Shown: positions 26,041 through 39,781 of the stretch, piece by piece
How positions within the stretch are numbered: the first letter of the stretch is position 1
Layout: each line of letters begins with the position of its first letter
Assembly: GCA_000934665.2 (NCBI GenBank)
Contig: JYFJ02000340.1
Coordinates: 1 to 64,000 of the forward strand
Direction: 5' to 3'
Source: Catajapyx aquilonaris
Taxonomy: Eukaryota
Length of the DNA: 64,000 nt
Notes under the pieces: generated by a model
What the model saw: the letters and a program-made list of their open reading frames with translations, nothing else
Database searches by the model: none
Told to the model about the DNA's origin: nothing
Made by a program: the position numbers and the translations under genes

Positions 26041-26173
26041 CTGTACAGAGGTTTCCCAGTGTCGTCCTTGAACCACAGCACCATGTAGACGCTGTCCTCA
26101 CGACGTAATGGTGTCACATCGCAGGGCAACTCCACCCTCTGACCCACCACAGCTTCCACTTCCATCTCCGGTA
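26041..26173 (-). CDS. Internal coding exon (133 nt) of the same Sidestep-family gene; N-terminal half of the Ig V-type domain
   Basis: Translates PEMEVEAVVGQRVELPCDVTPLRREDSVYMVLWFKDDTGKPLY(S), with the LPC and VLWFK Ig motifs. Acceptor ctttcag (AG at 26175-26174) and donor GTAGGT (GT at 26040-26039). The terminal AG joins the first C of the 1012 exon to give AGC (Ser), so the phases match. This reading frame is absent from the ORF track. Confidence 0.92.
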
Positions 26174-27682
26174 CTGAAAGCAAGGAAAGGAGAAGGTCTT
26201 TTTGCTACAACTAAGCACGAGCTTCCGTCACCATTTTCTGCACACCGCTGCTAGAAACGAGCAATAGGAACACTTGTTTGCACAAGTTTGGCCCAGCTAT
26301 ATTGTATACACTTGCATAAAAAGAAATCCGCAGCATATCACTACTTATTGATTAATGACCGTTTCACTATGTTTATAGTGTTTTAGTTAACCTGACGGTA
26401 GACATTTCCTGAATAAGAAATCGCTATCAAATATTTTGGCAACCATATGTGGCAATTACATCGGTTTTCCATGCACATGCTTTCGATTGCACATTAATGA
26501 CATTATGAAGCTACATCCATCCTGAATATCTAACACACTAGTAATGCAGGTTCAGATTATAAATTATGCTTATCAAGTCGTCCCATAGCTACTCCCGCAA
26601 TCAAAACCCAAATTAATTTATTGATTCAATTAAGATAGTTAATACGATGAATAGAAGTTACAAGTGAAATGTTTATTTATTTTTATAGGAAATTTTCAAG
26701 ATGGCATTGGTGTGTCACCTATGTTTTTCAATGACTACTCACTACTGAATTTGCCCAGACCTTGTTTCTTTGATAGGTACCCTTACCACCCTACTACCCG
26801 TATAACTTTGGGCAGATAAATTCATGAACACCATGTACAATTAGAGTTGTATGGTTGGTGAGTAAGTACATCATTAGTATACTCAGAGTTTATACATATA
26901 CCCCCTTTTTAATTAGTGTTAATAAGCTTCAATTTTATACGCATATAAGAGCAGTGACATAATTTTAAAAAAATAATTATTATTTCAGGGAAAGAAGTGA
27001 TTGCAACGGCAGCAATTTATAAACTTGGCTCTCTCGCTAATGCAGAAGTTTTTTATACCGTTACGTGTGAGCGTCTTCATCAAGTTTGCATGTTAGAGCA
27101 CTTGTGCGATACCATAGCAACGACATGAGTAATGTTCTATTTTTCGGGACTTTTCTCGTAGCAAATCTCTCATCCGTAATCCAAGAAACTGTGCCAATTA
27201 GGATTATGCCTATCCAAGTGATGTAACATGCCAAAAGAAACTTTCTTCCGCCATGGTGTGTAGACTGTACACAATTATAGTGTACTGTACACAGTACAGT
27301 ATAATGGTTAAGTTAGTTATTTTCTCTGGAGCTAACTGCTGTCATCGGAAACTTTGGCTACTCATCTAATGAGGAGGAATATGTGAAGTTCTAATATGAT
27401 CCAGGTGACAGAACTTGATAATTTACATTTTCATTATACTTTGCAGATTGATGAGGGCACACTATCTTATTCCGTTCTGTCAGTCGCCCCATAAAGCAGT
27501 TTCTCATCAGTAGGGTAAATACGCAGAAAGCTTAAGTAAATGAATGACGTGGGTCACGGCTACACTTACTCGTATCACAGATATTCACAAAACCACCACT
27601 GGAAGTTCCCGCAATATTGGGATCTGCAAGGACATAATTCCATACTTTATCATCTTTCAGCCTCTTGAGGACTTATAACTTA

Positions 27683-28100
27683 CAGGGTGCTCCAGTTGAA
27701 ATGTACCTAGTGGTTATTGATTTTTGGAATTAATCTTCACTTACTTTAAGCACTTTGAGTGGATAATTAGACAGTGACAGAAAGTGACCGACAGTGACAG
27801 AAAGTGCTTTATTAGCTGCTCGTGTTATGATGAGTTGAAACCTCTATATCCAATCTCTAACTTTCAATAAACTTCACATTGAGATATGCCTATTAGAACA
27901 ATTGGCATCTAACGCGATTTGCAGGAAATTATTTGGAAGCCATGCCTTTTTTGCAGGATTTTAAAATGGTTGGTACGAGCAACCTAATTTTAGCAACTAA
28001 TACTCTTGATAACCAAAAGTATGCAAAAGTAACTGTTTAAAAGTAAGTAGCTTAGTGCCAAAAATGGCTAACCACTAAGGTCACTTCAATTGGACGCTGC
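27683..28100. mobile_element. Degenerate Tc1/mariner-type MITE
   Basis: TA|CAGGGTGCTCCAGTTGAAATGTACCTAGTGGTTA...ATTTTTGG imperfectly matches the reverse complement of about 28040-28100. Confidence 0.55.
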
Positions 28101-28253
28101 ATCATTATACATTATAAACTTAAGTTACAAATGAAGTCCCCCTCACCCATTATAATTTTTTGTACACTTATATGGTTCTAATTTCATTTAAAAAAATCAG
28201 CTGGCGCGTTCGTAGCCTATCCCTTCGATATCTACGCAACAAAATACGTTGTA

Positions 28254-28396
28254 CTATCGGGTTCCAATACTTTTGGCCACTTTATCCTAGTCTTGAAGCA
28301 ACCCTTCGCACAGACCCCCAGGTTAAGGAGGTGAGTGTGTGTGACGGGTTCCTTCAAGACCAGGATAAAGTGCCCAAAAGGATTTGAACCCGATAG
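28254..28396. mobile_element. Hairpin-type mini-MITE (arms about 60 nt)
   Basis: TA|CTATCGGGTTC...CACTTTATCCTAGTCTTGAAG ... CTTCAAGACCAGGATAAAGTG...GAACCCGATAG|TA. Confidence 0.85.
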
Positions 28397-28411
28397 TACA
28401 TAGTAACTATC

Positions 28412-28513
28412 TTTTTTTAAGTTACCCCGTGATAGGGCCAGAGGCCCTTATAGGGGGATGGACTACCACCATTTTTCCTTCAATTTTCTGATTTTTCTTC
28501 TAACTCCGGTGCA
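28412..28513 (-). mobile_element. 5'-truncated retroposon 3' end (SINE/LINE tail) with a short poly(A)
   Basis: TSD AGTAACTATC at 28402-28411 and 28514-28523. The sequence resembles the tails of the SINEs at 39293-39579 and 54812-55164. Confidence 0.75.
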
Positions 28514-31267
28514 AGTAACTATCATTTTTATTCAACGCGACTCTTTTCCCCAACTTCTAAGGGCCGCCAGGGTGCGTTCAGAAGTTGAAAAATGTTCGAT
28601 ATAAAGAGAAGATGAAGTTTCCTGAGGCGCCCGAAGTCACCTCAACTGTTGACTCCCGAGCTGCAGGAAGCACAGAAGATCGGCAGCTATCAAGACGCGT
28701 ATCCGCAGACGGGCAAATCTGGACCACCGGATGTATTGTAGTACCTGTGCGGCAGGCATCCAATAATTAAAGGGCACGGCAGAAGGGAAGCTAAGTGATG
28801 TAGTAGGGTGATGATAGCAGGGCGATCATGAAAGGTGTGTAGGCTAGAGCGGGGCCGAACGGAAAGAGCGGCCTGATCCCCGTCCCCGAGGGCACAAGGC
28901 GTGCTTGGAACTCACAACAAGTAAGCTCCACTTTGCTTGCCTGCTTTATCACTGTCAGTCCAAATCCACGGGGAATCCCCGTGCCGCAGCCCGCGCCCAT
29001 TATCAACTCCCGTAGGGTTGGGGCAGATTCGGAGCTCTTCCTTCCTTCCTTCCTTCCGTACGTCCTTCGTTGCAGTTCACCAACCATTCCGATCGATTCC
29101 ACACGTACATACACTCTGGTATACCATGGACGATGATATCTGTCCTCAGCCCCCAATAGTGGGGGTGTAGGTCTTTTAGACTAGGTTCTTCATTAACTCG
29201 GGTTCTGACTTTCACTGTCATCGGGTCAATCTCGAGCCCCTGGTGTATGCACTGCATCTGCATATAGACTACGCCATTGTCTTTCACTTGTTCGCATGTT
29301 CTGGCTGTGAATCCGGGAGAGGGGGAAGGGAAGACGACTTGGAAAGTGACTGCTGGCGCTCGACTGCGAAGTAGGCAGTGTTGCACAAATTTATGGGGGA
29401 AAAGGAGTCTCTGAGGAGAAAGTTGGGATGGAAAGGAGAACGAATACAGCATTGACTAGGTCATTTTAGATGTCAGCCTGGCAGAGAGAAAGTGTTCATT
29501 CCAAAGCATATCCAAGAAAAACGGTTCAAAAGATAAGACCATTTTCCTCTGGGCATTTTGAAAGCTACCAGAAGCACGCCATCTTTCAAAACTAACATTC
29601 AATTCATTCCCCTTTTCCAGGAGTCTTCTTTAAGTATAACACTTATAATAAATAAGCCATAAATGATGGTGGTGATGACCCGTCAAATGTATGTAGCCTA
29701 CCAAAAAAAGTGCGAAACTTTTTATGACTAGCACAACAGTAGTGAATTTAGCCTTGATATTGACAAGTGGCAGTCTTAATGTTTTATGTAGACTACATGT
29801 GTTTCTTTGACTTTCGACATGTACAGTATTACGTTCCAATATAAATAATTCTTATCATTTCCTCGTACACGCACTACAGACGGCGTATTTTTTGCACAAA
29901 CTGATCACTACGTTTATAGTGAACACAATGTCTGTTGAAATTTTCCACCGCTGTACCTAGCTACTGTAGCATAGTGAGACTCTTCCAGCGCTTACGTGCG
30001 TTACTCGACCAAATTTTAATTCTATCTCGCACATTTTGACTCCACAACCACACCCGCGGCTGCATTTTATTCCCAACCCTGCACTAAAAGAAAATCAACT
30101 TTTTCTGCTTGTGACAGGAAAATGGAGAGCTGCCTCACTCTAGCAGCGGTTTCATATATCCAGCACTCTGTTCCTTGGCTGCCAGCCGTCTCGCCAGAAG
30201 GATGTCAAAGAAGAAGACTCACTTTCAATGCACTTTCCACCACGCATACAAGTTAACAGATCTTCGCTAGGACACGTCCAGTGTATATTTCACCATGTCC
30301 CGAGGAAACCTATGTCAAGTTCCAACGCACACGACGTCTTTGGTTTGTTTGAATGTTCAGTTCTGAAATCATTTCAAATATTAGTCGCACCACCAACTAC
30401 TAAAGTACATATTCCACACATTTCAAGCGACATGACTCAACTGTATCACGTAGAAGCTCCAGGCATGACGTCCATTAAACGAAATGATACTTGTTACTTT
30501 TCGTTGGCATTATACTGTTTGAAAAGGTAGACTTAACTAGCACATTAGAGTAGGAGAGTTTGACCAAGGCTGTGGCAGTGTTTCTGTAGTAGCCCTACGG
30601 GTCTTGTCAAAATGCAGGTTTGGAAGAGCAATTCTTCCAGGGTATGTCAGAAGGCATTAGGTTCAGTGCGAGCACAATGCGGTCGATTCTGTCCATTCTG
30701 TGGAGCAGCTGACAGAAATGCTCCCAGTCGGATCTCCCCCCACGATCCTCCTAGCTCTTTCCACCCTCCAAGGACCAATAATAGAGACTTTCTCCACAAT
30801 TTGTTGCCAGCACTTTGTTGTAAGAACCCAAATCGTCGGATCTGTCACAAACAGTCTTGGATGCATGACAGAGGGTGCAAGCGAATTTATTTCTTTGCAT
30901 TTGGTCAAATGCTTCACTATTTTTTTGTGAGGCTATCTTAACGCAGTTACTATGTTGACAGTTTGCACTCTCCAAGTCTAAGTGGCTAATCTGAGGCGTC
31001 TTCCATGGCATGTGTTGCTGTTGAAAACAGAATTTGTGTCACAGCACAAAAAATACACGTAGTGCAATGAAGTACTCATTCTGGACATACATTTGTGTAC
31101 GTATACTGTATGTGTGGACATGTGCGCAGGAATTCAGGCCTACTGCATCGATGTATGATGGTTAACTGTAAATGAAGCAGGTAATTTTTTCACGAAAAAC
31201 CAATTACCATCAGATCTATCCAGTGCTAGTCGCACTCCTTTTTAAAGGCGAAGCCTTTACTTGACAG

Positions 31268-31640
31268 CAGGGCAGTGCAATTCCGATATATCAAACTTTC
31301 GATCAATGTTTTCTCAATATCGCATGATCGATGTACGAGTATTTCAAACTACAAATTGATACATCGATATCGAATATTCCACATGCAAATATCCTCCTCT
31401 ATGTATGCGCATATTTCTTATGCAGTTGCAGACTTTCCATCACGAACATATCAAGAATTGTTCGCACAGATATTTTCGTGAAAAAAACCAAGAGAATTAT
31501 TTAAAAAATTGTGTGACGTCACATATTCTGTAATATATCGGGAGTAGTAATATATATTTGCTGTAAGTTTTTAATTCTCGGATGTATACATTCGATATTT
31601 TTAAAATAATGTCTGATACCTATATCTATGGACAAGTGTA
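31268..31640. mobile_element. Possible decayed hAT-like MITE rich in CGATAT/ATCGAT motifs
   Basis: CAGGG start followed by clustered CGATAT/ATCGAT motifs. The right end and TSD were not resolved. Confidence 0.3.
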
Positions 31641-33728
31641 ATGTTTGCTATGTCCAATGACTGAAAATGACCTACCTTTTGAACATTGCTGAATACAACA
31701 AAGTAATTCTTGAATAATTGCCTCGAATATAACTTATAAGTGGTGCGAGACCAGTCGGCAACATGAGATTGACTATGAGGAAAAGGGAGCAGTACAGGAA
31801 TAATTTTATTTCCTGTTTGGTCACACACAGTCGAGTTCTTGTGCAGGAAGCTGCGCACGTAATAAAGCGAGAAAGAGAGAGTTTGAGCGCACAAGCACGC
31901 CTTTCCGCTTGATAGGGCACATTTCCTTTCGTGGCGGAGGAGTTTGACAAGCGCCGAGGGGTCAAAGAGCTTCTGCAACCTAATATCAAGGGAGAGAACA
32001 TGACTGTCGCCGAGTGTCATCTCAATATTGCTTTTGAAGCTCAAAAGGCTTCAGCGGCTGAAATTCGCCCTTCTTCAGCCTTAGTTCATTTCAGAACTTG
32101 GCCCATTGCTTTTCTTTTGACTCTTATCCTATTGGTCGATGCAAGATTTGAAGTAATATCAACTTGATAGTATGGCACGATTAGGCGTTAGTACTAGGCA
32201 CTCTATGCCAGAAGCAGAGCATTATAAGGCAGTAGAGTGGAAGTGTTAGCGACTGTTCAAGTCAATGAGCACTACGTTAAATGAACTGCATCTAGCAGGG
32301 CGATGCCTAAACCGCAACTGCAATCTCCCGACACTCGCAGCCGATGTCGCCACACCAAACCTCCCGACGCAAAAGCCGAGGAAACTTGCCTACCATTACG
32401 AAACATAACCCAGGGACACCGGGGTGATAATATAGGTGCGATAACCAATTCCCTAAATACTCTAGTATTTTATTAAAACTCGGAACTTATGTCATTAATC
32501 TCGAGTTAATATGGGCCCTAGGGTGCATTAGATTACCTGCTGGATTGTATGTATATCACACAGCAAATGATCTTGATTACATTTGCCCATTATACAATCA
32601 TGAATACTGTACAGGCTTGTAGGCTGTTGGCGCAGTGGACACAAGAGGAATTACTTCATTATTAATATGCTGATTTTCCGCACTGTCGAGAGCTGTCGCT
32701 TGGTTTAGATCGCGACAAATATTTTAGTTGCTATTTCTAATGCAAATCAAATCAAGTATTCCCTGCTAGTTGCTGCATTATGAACTACAGGCCTATTTGA
32801 TATGCTTCAGTCTGGCGTACAGAGGTGCACTCTCAAATTGAGACCATTATTTTGCGCTGCTGGTGCCGGTAGATTAGTGCGTCTCACCTTTAGAACCATG
32901 TCGTCGGGTGTCAGTTTTCCTGAGCATGTGCCTCCCTAGGTACAAAAAGAAATCATCTCCCAGACATTCACACATTAAGGAGGCCGGATTAAAAGTGAAT
33001 TGGCTTAATTACACCTTTCCGGGCCTCGTTTCTCTCGGAAGATTGGCATCCGATATCTGGGAACAAATTAAACTGCGTCCGTTTCATGTCGTTAGCGATA
33101 CCATCCCAGGGGTCCCAACACTCTTTTACTTTTTTTTACAGCCTAGTCGTCAAGTTCTCTCCAACTCGAGTCTAGGAGTGAGTAGGAAAGTGACAATATT
33201 TCAAATGTCATTACCTTCTGAGGACGTTATGCATCAGTCTATCTCGCTTTTACAGCCTCTCATAACGACCTGTGCTCCCTGAACTTTCACACCCTGTCTT
33301 TTGCCAGACCCCCCCTCTAGAGTCAGAGGTTGCAGTTTAGCATGCGTCTGCCCATTTCTCAAGATGAAGCGTACAGTCACACAGCCCCAGATCCACGACT
33401 TGCCATACAGTAACTCACAGCGAGAAAATTGAAATGGTAAGAAGCCCGTATATTCTCATCGGTTATCCTGCGGTGAAGAAAGCTTGCATGGAAGGTATGT
33501 CAATTGATCTGCTCGGATTTCAAAACCACTTTACTGTACGAGAATATCATTATAATGTCTAGACGTAGCTGTAGTATAGAATATAAGGCTTCTGTGGATA
33601 GTTTCTTCATGACATGGGTTGTGATTATCGCACGAGGTCGGTTCGTAAACAAACAACTTTAAATGTGGAAAAAACTTGGTGGGATTTGGTCTCAGAATCG
33701 TCGGTTGCAAAGTCAAAGTCCATGTCCC

Positions 33729-33840
33729 TCTAGATGAAGTTAGTGAGGTGTTGACAGTTTCGCCGAGAGATGGAGAGATTCAGAGGGTGTTGGGGGGACC
33801 TGGGGACCTGGTAGTCGTGAGACAGCCGGGGACGAGGTTA
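33729..33840 (-). repeat. Diverged interspersed repeat (family at 16074 and 22537)
   Basis: The reverse complement starts TAACCTCGTCCCCGGCTGTCTCAC. Confidence 0.65.
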
Positions 33841-35071
33841 GTGTCTGCCAATCTGTGTATTACTGGAGCACGAAATTTTGTTATACGATCTATTTGTAAT
33901 CATGCCTTGCACTAAAACTCACCAAACTGAGGGTGTTATTCTAGTGAAACACTACAGAGGAAGAAAGCAACCCTGGGGACTGGGGCACTCATCAATCGGG
34001 TACTCAGAGGTCATAGCTCGAGTTTTCCCTACTGTTGTATTCTCCCCATATCCTCTCCGCTCCAGCAACTGCATCAGAATTTAGAACATGTTCGATTCTT
34101 TTCCCGGTTGAAAACAATTGGTAGCAGTTACATCGAATGGAAGGGTTTTCCTGTGTGTGTAGTACTATTCCCCAAAATTGCTCCTGAATTCACATTAACT
34201 CGAAGCAAGGGTTTCTGCCACCTGCGTCGCGTGTAACCATGCATATTTTGTTTCTTGACAGGAGTTTTCAAGTAACTTACACGCAGTTGCATACACTCCT
34301 TCAATCTCAAAAGGTTTTCTCTAAATAGGCGGGCTATGGGTTTCTACCACATCGGAAAAACGAAATAGCCAGGACAAAAGTCATTTCTGTCAAGTAGCAA
34401 AAAAATGCAGCAACGGATAGGGCGTGAGAGGATGGGGGGCAAAATCCCAGGCAGTTAAGTCCAGCAACGGCACAAACAAAGTTTTTCTCTTCAGGCACCC
34501 AAGAGTGGAAGGCCACATTTGGGCCACAATGGAACATTTTTCCCTCCCAGTACCGCTTAGTTGCAACGATATCGCGTTTGCGCTTCCAAGTTATGTGCAA
34601 ATACGTTAGGAAGGATTGCTTTGCAGAAGCCTACGGTAATAGAAGGTTCCCACTTTCGCAGAAAAAATGTATACAGCTACGTCTGTTACTCGTCCACTGA
34701 GACTGAAAAAGGAGGCGAAATTTTTAATTTCCGAAACGCTTCTTCAGAACATTTTTTTTCCAAGCCGAAATTTTTGCAAGCCAAAATTTTTTTCCCAAAA
34801 AAGGTTCCACTATCGTAAAGTGGCTACTGACGCGTAAATTCCTCGACCATTAGTGCGAAAGCTCTTAAAATTTCATTATGTCTCGCAGGGATTGTATGAA
34901 ATTAGCGCAAAGTGCGCGGGCTAACGCAATAATTCTGGAAAGAGGCGCGCGTTCTTTGATTTTTTTCTCTCGCTCCTTTCCTATTTCAAATTCTACTTCG
35001 GTTTTGCACATGTCCATTTCCAAGAATAATTACAAACCAGTAACAACCCACTTGCACATAATAAATTACTA

Positions 35072-35256
35072 CACTCTTAACCATTTACCTTCTCTAGAGA
35101 GGGTAAAAAAGAGGCCCTTATTACCCTCTATTTTCTAAGGTAATACATGCAAAATTTACCTTAGAATCAATTTACCCAAGAATATTTACCCTACAATGTA
35201 AGGTAAAAAATGGCCACTTTCTTGCCCTCTCTAGAGAAGGTAAATGGTTAAGAGTG
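35072..35256. mobile_element. MITE with perfect 32-nt CAC-starting TIRs and TA flanks (CACTA/CMC-like ends)
   Basis: TA|CACTCTTAACCATTTACCTTCTCTAGAGAGGG ... CCCTCTCTAGAGAAGGTAAATGGTTAAGAGTG|TA. Repeated ATTTACC motifs inside. Confidence 0.88.
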
Positions 35257-38067
35257 TACTAAGGTTCAGCCCTTATTACTCTGCCATGACTGTAATCGTC
35301 TACATACTGCAAGGAAGATCTCTGACAGTGCTAATAAATTATATTCCTCTCTTTCGCCCTTGGATATTCCTTTATGGAAAAAAAACTCTTCTATCGCTTT
35401 TTCGCATATTCTCTATCTCCACCCCGTCATGCGCTGAATTTACGACACCATATTTTCCGATACATGTTTGCGTGAAATCGAAATTTCTTCCGATCCTCTG
35501 CTGCTGGAAGTGTTACATGGCAGTGTTCGCCCATCCAGTGCAATCCAATCAATGCGTCAGGTAGCAAGAAAAGCGTCAGAAACACCTCCAGGACAAACGA
35601 ACATTTTTGACACCTGAGATAAAATATTGTGATACTCAAATATGATGCTGATGATATATAGTACAACCTAGAAATGGGGCAATGCTCTGTTGCTACAGTA
35701 CAATTTTCTCGGTTCAGTGACTTACACCATACACCAAGCTTGCACCGCAGGCCATCAGTACAATTACTAACGCTAGTGAAGCCATGAAGAAATATATTGT
35801 ACAGTACAGGTACGGCTAATTATGTACATAACAGGCCAGTAGACATTAGAGTAACGTATATGTGGCTGTCAGAGTATATTCCAAGAAAAGGTCATTATAT
35901 GGCAAGGAAAAATCCTCCTTGACTCCCGTTCCGCGGGCGGCCACAAGGCGAGAGATAAAAGGCATAAAGGTGGCTCCAAGTGCGCATAGAAGTGTTTGAA
36001 AGGGGAGCCATGCTGAGTTAAAGAACAGTTGCCAGCCTCGGAGGAAATTCAACGAGTGGCTTAACAGCGCACATTTGACCTGGCGAGCAGGACTAACTAG
36101 TGATATCTCACCAGCTATCGGGCTCAAGGAGACTGCTTCAAGACGCAATGATTCAAATGGGCCCGCAAGGCTTCTTCTTTCCCTTTACGAGCGCCTTGCT
36201 TAGGAGCCCAAGAGATTACAAAACCATCCCTCCCACTCTCCCCATCCCCCGTTTTCATCGGATTGGAATCTGCGCAGCCTTGCATTATATCCGCCGCTCA
36301 AGAAATATGATTTTAATAAAAGCCTTTGCAGGGGTATAACGCCTAGGTCATTACAGACAGAGATTACACGACGAGAGCTTGGGAAAAGGGCCCATCATGT
36401 TACAGCTAGACATTCGCAGCGAGAATGAGATTCATTGATTTCCTATTAGGAACAAGAGTTGCGAGGAGACAGCAGTCAGGTCAGGAATACAGGACACTAG
36501 GTAGCGGGTGCATCTGAATAATTATTACACGTCTTTCAAACTCATAGAGCGATGGTGTGGTGGTTTATGTTCCAGCCTGCCACTTCAGAGGTCCTGCGCT
36601 CGAGTGATTCTCTCCGTGTTCGTGTGGGTTTTCTCCCACCGTCCTATGCCAGGTAGCCTGTAGTTGGCTCCCCTAATAATCCTAACCAATCCAAACTCAT
36701 ACGTTAATCTGGCCCGAATCGAGGTTGAATGTGTGGAGGCGGCAGGGCTAGTTGCGCCATTTTCAAACCAGAGAGTTAATGCAATCTGAGTTACACGCAT
36801 TAGCAGAAGTTGCTCGATACGTGTAATCCATGACGGACAATACACAAGTCCCAATAGGTTAGAATAGCGTCTATTTACGTAACAATGTGGGCGTGTGACA
36901 ATAACCGAAAGCAAATCCCTTCAACGTGGCCAAGTGGTGTATATAGCCCGAACGCCAATGACTGGGTATTAAACGGATTAGTCTATAGCGTTTGATTTTT
37001 TTCCCAACCCAGAGAGGAGACTTACGCCCAAACGACTTTTAATGGGTCCGATAGTTTAGTTTCCAGTAGATTTTTCCCCCTTTGAAGCAAGCATGAAATG
37101 AAATTATAGCCAACAGCACGCGCCACGTTCCGTGAATGATCTCGACTGTGAAAAGCAAATTCCCATCGGAAACACAGAGGCCATAGCCATTGTAGAAGAA
37201 AGCCTAATGGATCCGGCAGCATCAGATGGGGTCTGGGGAGGAAGGAAAGGGGGGTGGGTTAGAAGAGGAAAAGAATTGGGCGGAAAACTCCCGACCTTAA
37301 TTGCAATGTAATTTCATCGATTAGGGGCCGAAATTGACTTGGGGATTCCGCGGGTGCGATCCGCTTGTATGACCTCATGAAGGATCTAATTTTCCAACCA
37401 TTAGGCAACATTTGTATCCATTTAAGTCCGCTGCATGTTGGCTAAGTGGGCTACAAGCGCTGGAGGAAGAGACAGCCCAGCCCGAGAGCTGGCTAATTAC
37501 TCATCTTAAGACAGCTGGGACTCCAAATTAAATTTCCAGTCTCGCAGTATTGATTCCAGTCCGGAAGGCTGGGAGTGGGGAATTTGTCATTTCGGCGGGA
37601 ATTTCGTTCCCTGCTTGCTACCAGAGCCCTCCACTTCATTACGTTTCTAGCCTTACTGCCTTCTGATCGCACCCACACTGCCACCACTCCTGGGGCTCAG
37701 TCAGGGCTTGGGCCCAAAATCACAGCCCGCACTGTCAAAAGGCCTGTTTCTACTGACCCAAAATGCTGGGGAACAATCCCACCATTTTGGACCAGGTCCA
37801 AAGAAATGACCCGACCAAAAGAAAGTTCCTAAATTTTCAACTTTTCTCATAATAGTTCCAATCCAAGATGGCCACTGTCAAGTTGTTACTGGTCAAGTGT
37901 ATATATTCCGTATCTATAATGATGAGGAATATTAAGATCTGAATTGTCCACCACATTAGTCTTGAAGTGACAAAGTATCACCCTCTGCTCCTTTCCTGAA
38001 CCAATAAATGGATTTTAATCGTGCATTCATATACAGCCAAATATGTCAAGTGCGCCTTGCTCATATA

Positions 38068-38746
38068 CAGGGTGATCGATAAAGAATGCGCGGATTTTGA
38101 AACCTTATACAGTAACTCGAAAACTTGTAGACATATATAAATGATTTAAGTTTTGAAATGCTAAGAAATGTCAAAAGTTTTGGTATCACCTTATAGTTTG
38201 TTTCGAGATGAACTTCATTTGTCACTCAACAGATAAAAAAGACGGTATTCGATCTCGTACTAAACCCACTCAATCATATCTGGAGTTACAGTTGCAATCC
38301 TATCCCGTAGGTGCTGGAGATGACGGGTCTGGACACCACACACATGGGTCTTGATGATGCAGATAAAAAGTCGCCTCATCCACGAAACAAACCTGCTTAT
38401 GAAAGTTTCATTATTTTGTTCAGCCTCCCAGCGTGCGAAGTCTTGAATGAGAAGTTTCCCAGTNCTAGCCCCCCCCCCCCCCCAAAGCCCAGATCGGAAT
38501 CTGCATCACCTACGGGATTAGATCGCAACAGTAATGCAGACATGTCTCAGCACGTTAGGCAAGGAACCGATTACTGTATTTACATTTTCCGACGGACAAA
38601 TGGATGTCATATCAAAACAAACTATGGTAACACCAAAACGTTATACATTTCTTATCATGCAAAAACTGAAATCATTCAGGTATGCCTACAAGTTTTCGAG
38701 TTATAGTGTTTCAAAATACACGCATTCTTTAGTTTCGATCACCCTG
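38068..38746 (-). mobile_element. Internally deleted Tc1/mariner-superfamily transposon with decayed transposase remnants
   Basis: TA|CAGGGTGATCGA...TCGATCACCCTG|TA, with TIRs of about 65 nt. Minus-strand fragments read FVDEATFYL (first catalytic D region) and HLRDRIATVTPDMIEWV*YEIEYRL (C-terminus). One N at 38464. Confidence 0.85.
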
Positions 38747-39292
38747 TATTTTAATGCGACTTTTTGATATAAAAATACCGATTGAACATACATTCACGTT
38801 GAAAAAATTGAGCCCTCAGGACAGAGAATTTGGCTACACCAGCATAACATGTTAATTATAGTGATTATTATAATATACGTACTATCATTGTGTAACAAAA
38901 TTACACATAAACATCACCGTCACAATGAAAGCATTAATTCCCACTGTCTAGCCCAGCACAAATATAATTATAATATAATATCAGCACATGATATTGTACG
39001 CTTATTTGTTACTAATTATCCTGCAATAGTGTTACAAAATATAAGAATTTACACAATGACTGTCACATGAAGAGCGTGCAAAAAGTGTGGTACGGCCATT
39101 TTCGTCATAAATGAAGTGGAAAACTACTGTATTATGTCTGCATATTCTCTCGTGCATCCTCTAGGTTCGTGTACAGTATCACTGATGACAATGTAATGTC
39201 TATTACACGGGGAAAGCACATTTCACAAAGAGGAGAGCTAGAAAATGTTTTACGCACTAACTGTGCTCTGGCGTGTGTGCATCGGGAGAATT

Positions 39293-39579
39293 TATATATT
39301 TTTATATTTATATTACCCCATTGGGAGAATCGGCTCTCCATTAGGGGGGTAGAATACCACCATTTTACCTCTCAATCTTTCTGAAATCTTCCTCACACAT
39401 GGATGGGGCCAAGGATAGGGAAGAAAGGAAGCGGCTGTGACCTATTGTACGGAAGCGACCCCGGAATTATCCTAGGAAGACCGTGGGAAACCACCGTCAG
39501 GATCGCCGGCCCCGGGTATCGAACCCAGGATCTCCCGATTAGCAGTCGGACTCCTTAACCACTACACCAACCTGCTTCG
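39293..39579 (-). mobile_element. tRNA-derived SINE, family A, copy 2 (different 3' tail)
   Basis: Head and body match about 3985-4167. TSD GTGCATCGGGAGAATT at 39277-39292 and 39580-39595. A-rich tail. Confidence 0.88.
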
Positions 39580-39709
39580 GTGCATCGGGAGAATTGGTAT
39601 TATGCCGTTTCGGACACTATAAGTATGTATTAGTGTGATGCATAGGATGTCACTCTGACATTCAAGTTATATAACACTTCCCTTCTCCCACGTCACACAG
39701 TTATAAAAT

Positions 39710-39712
<3 letters not shown>

Positions 39713-39781
<69 letters not shown>

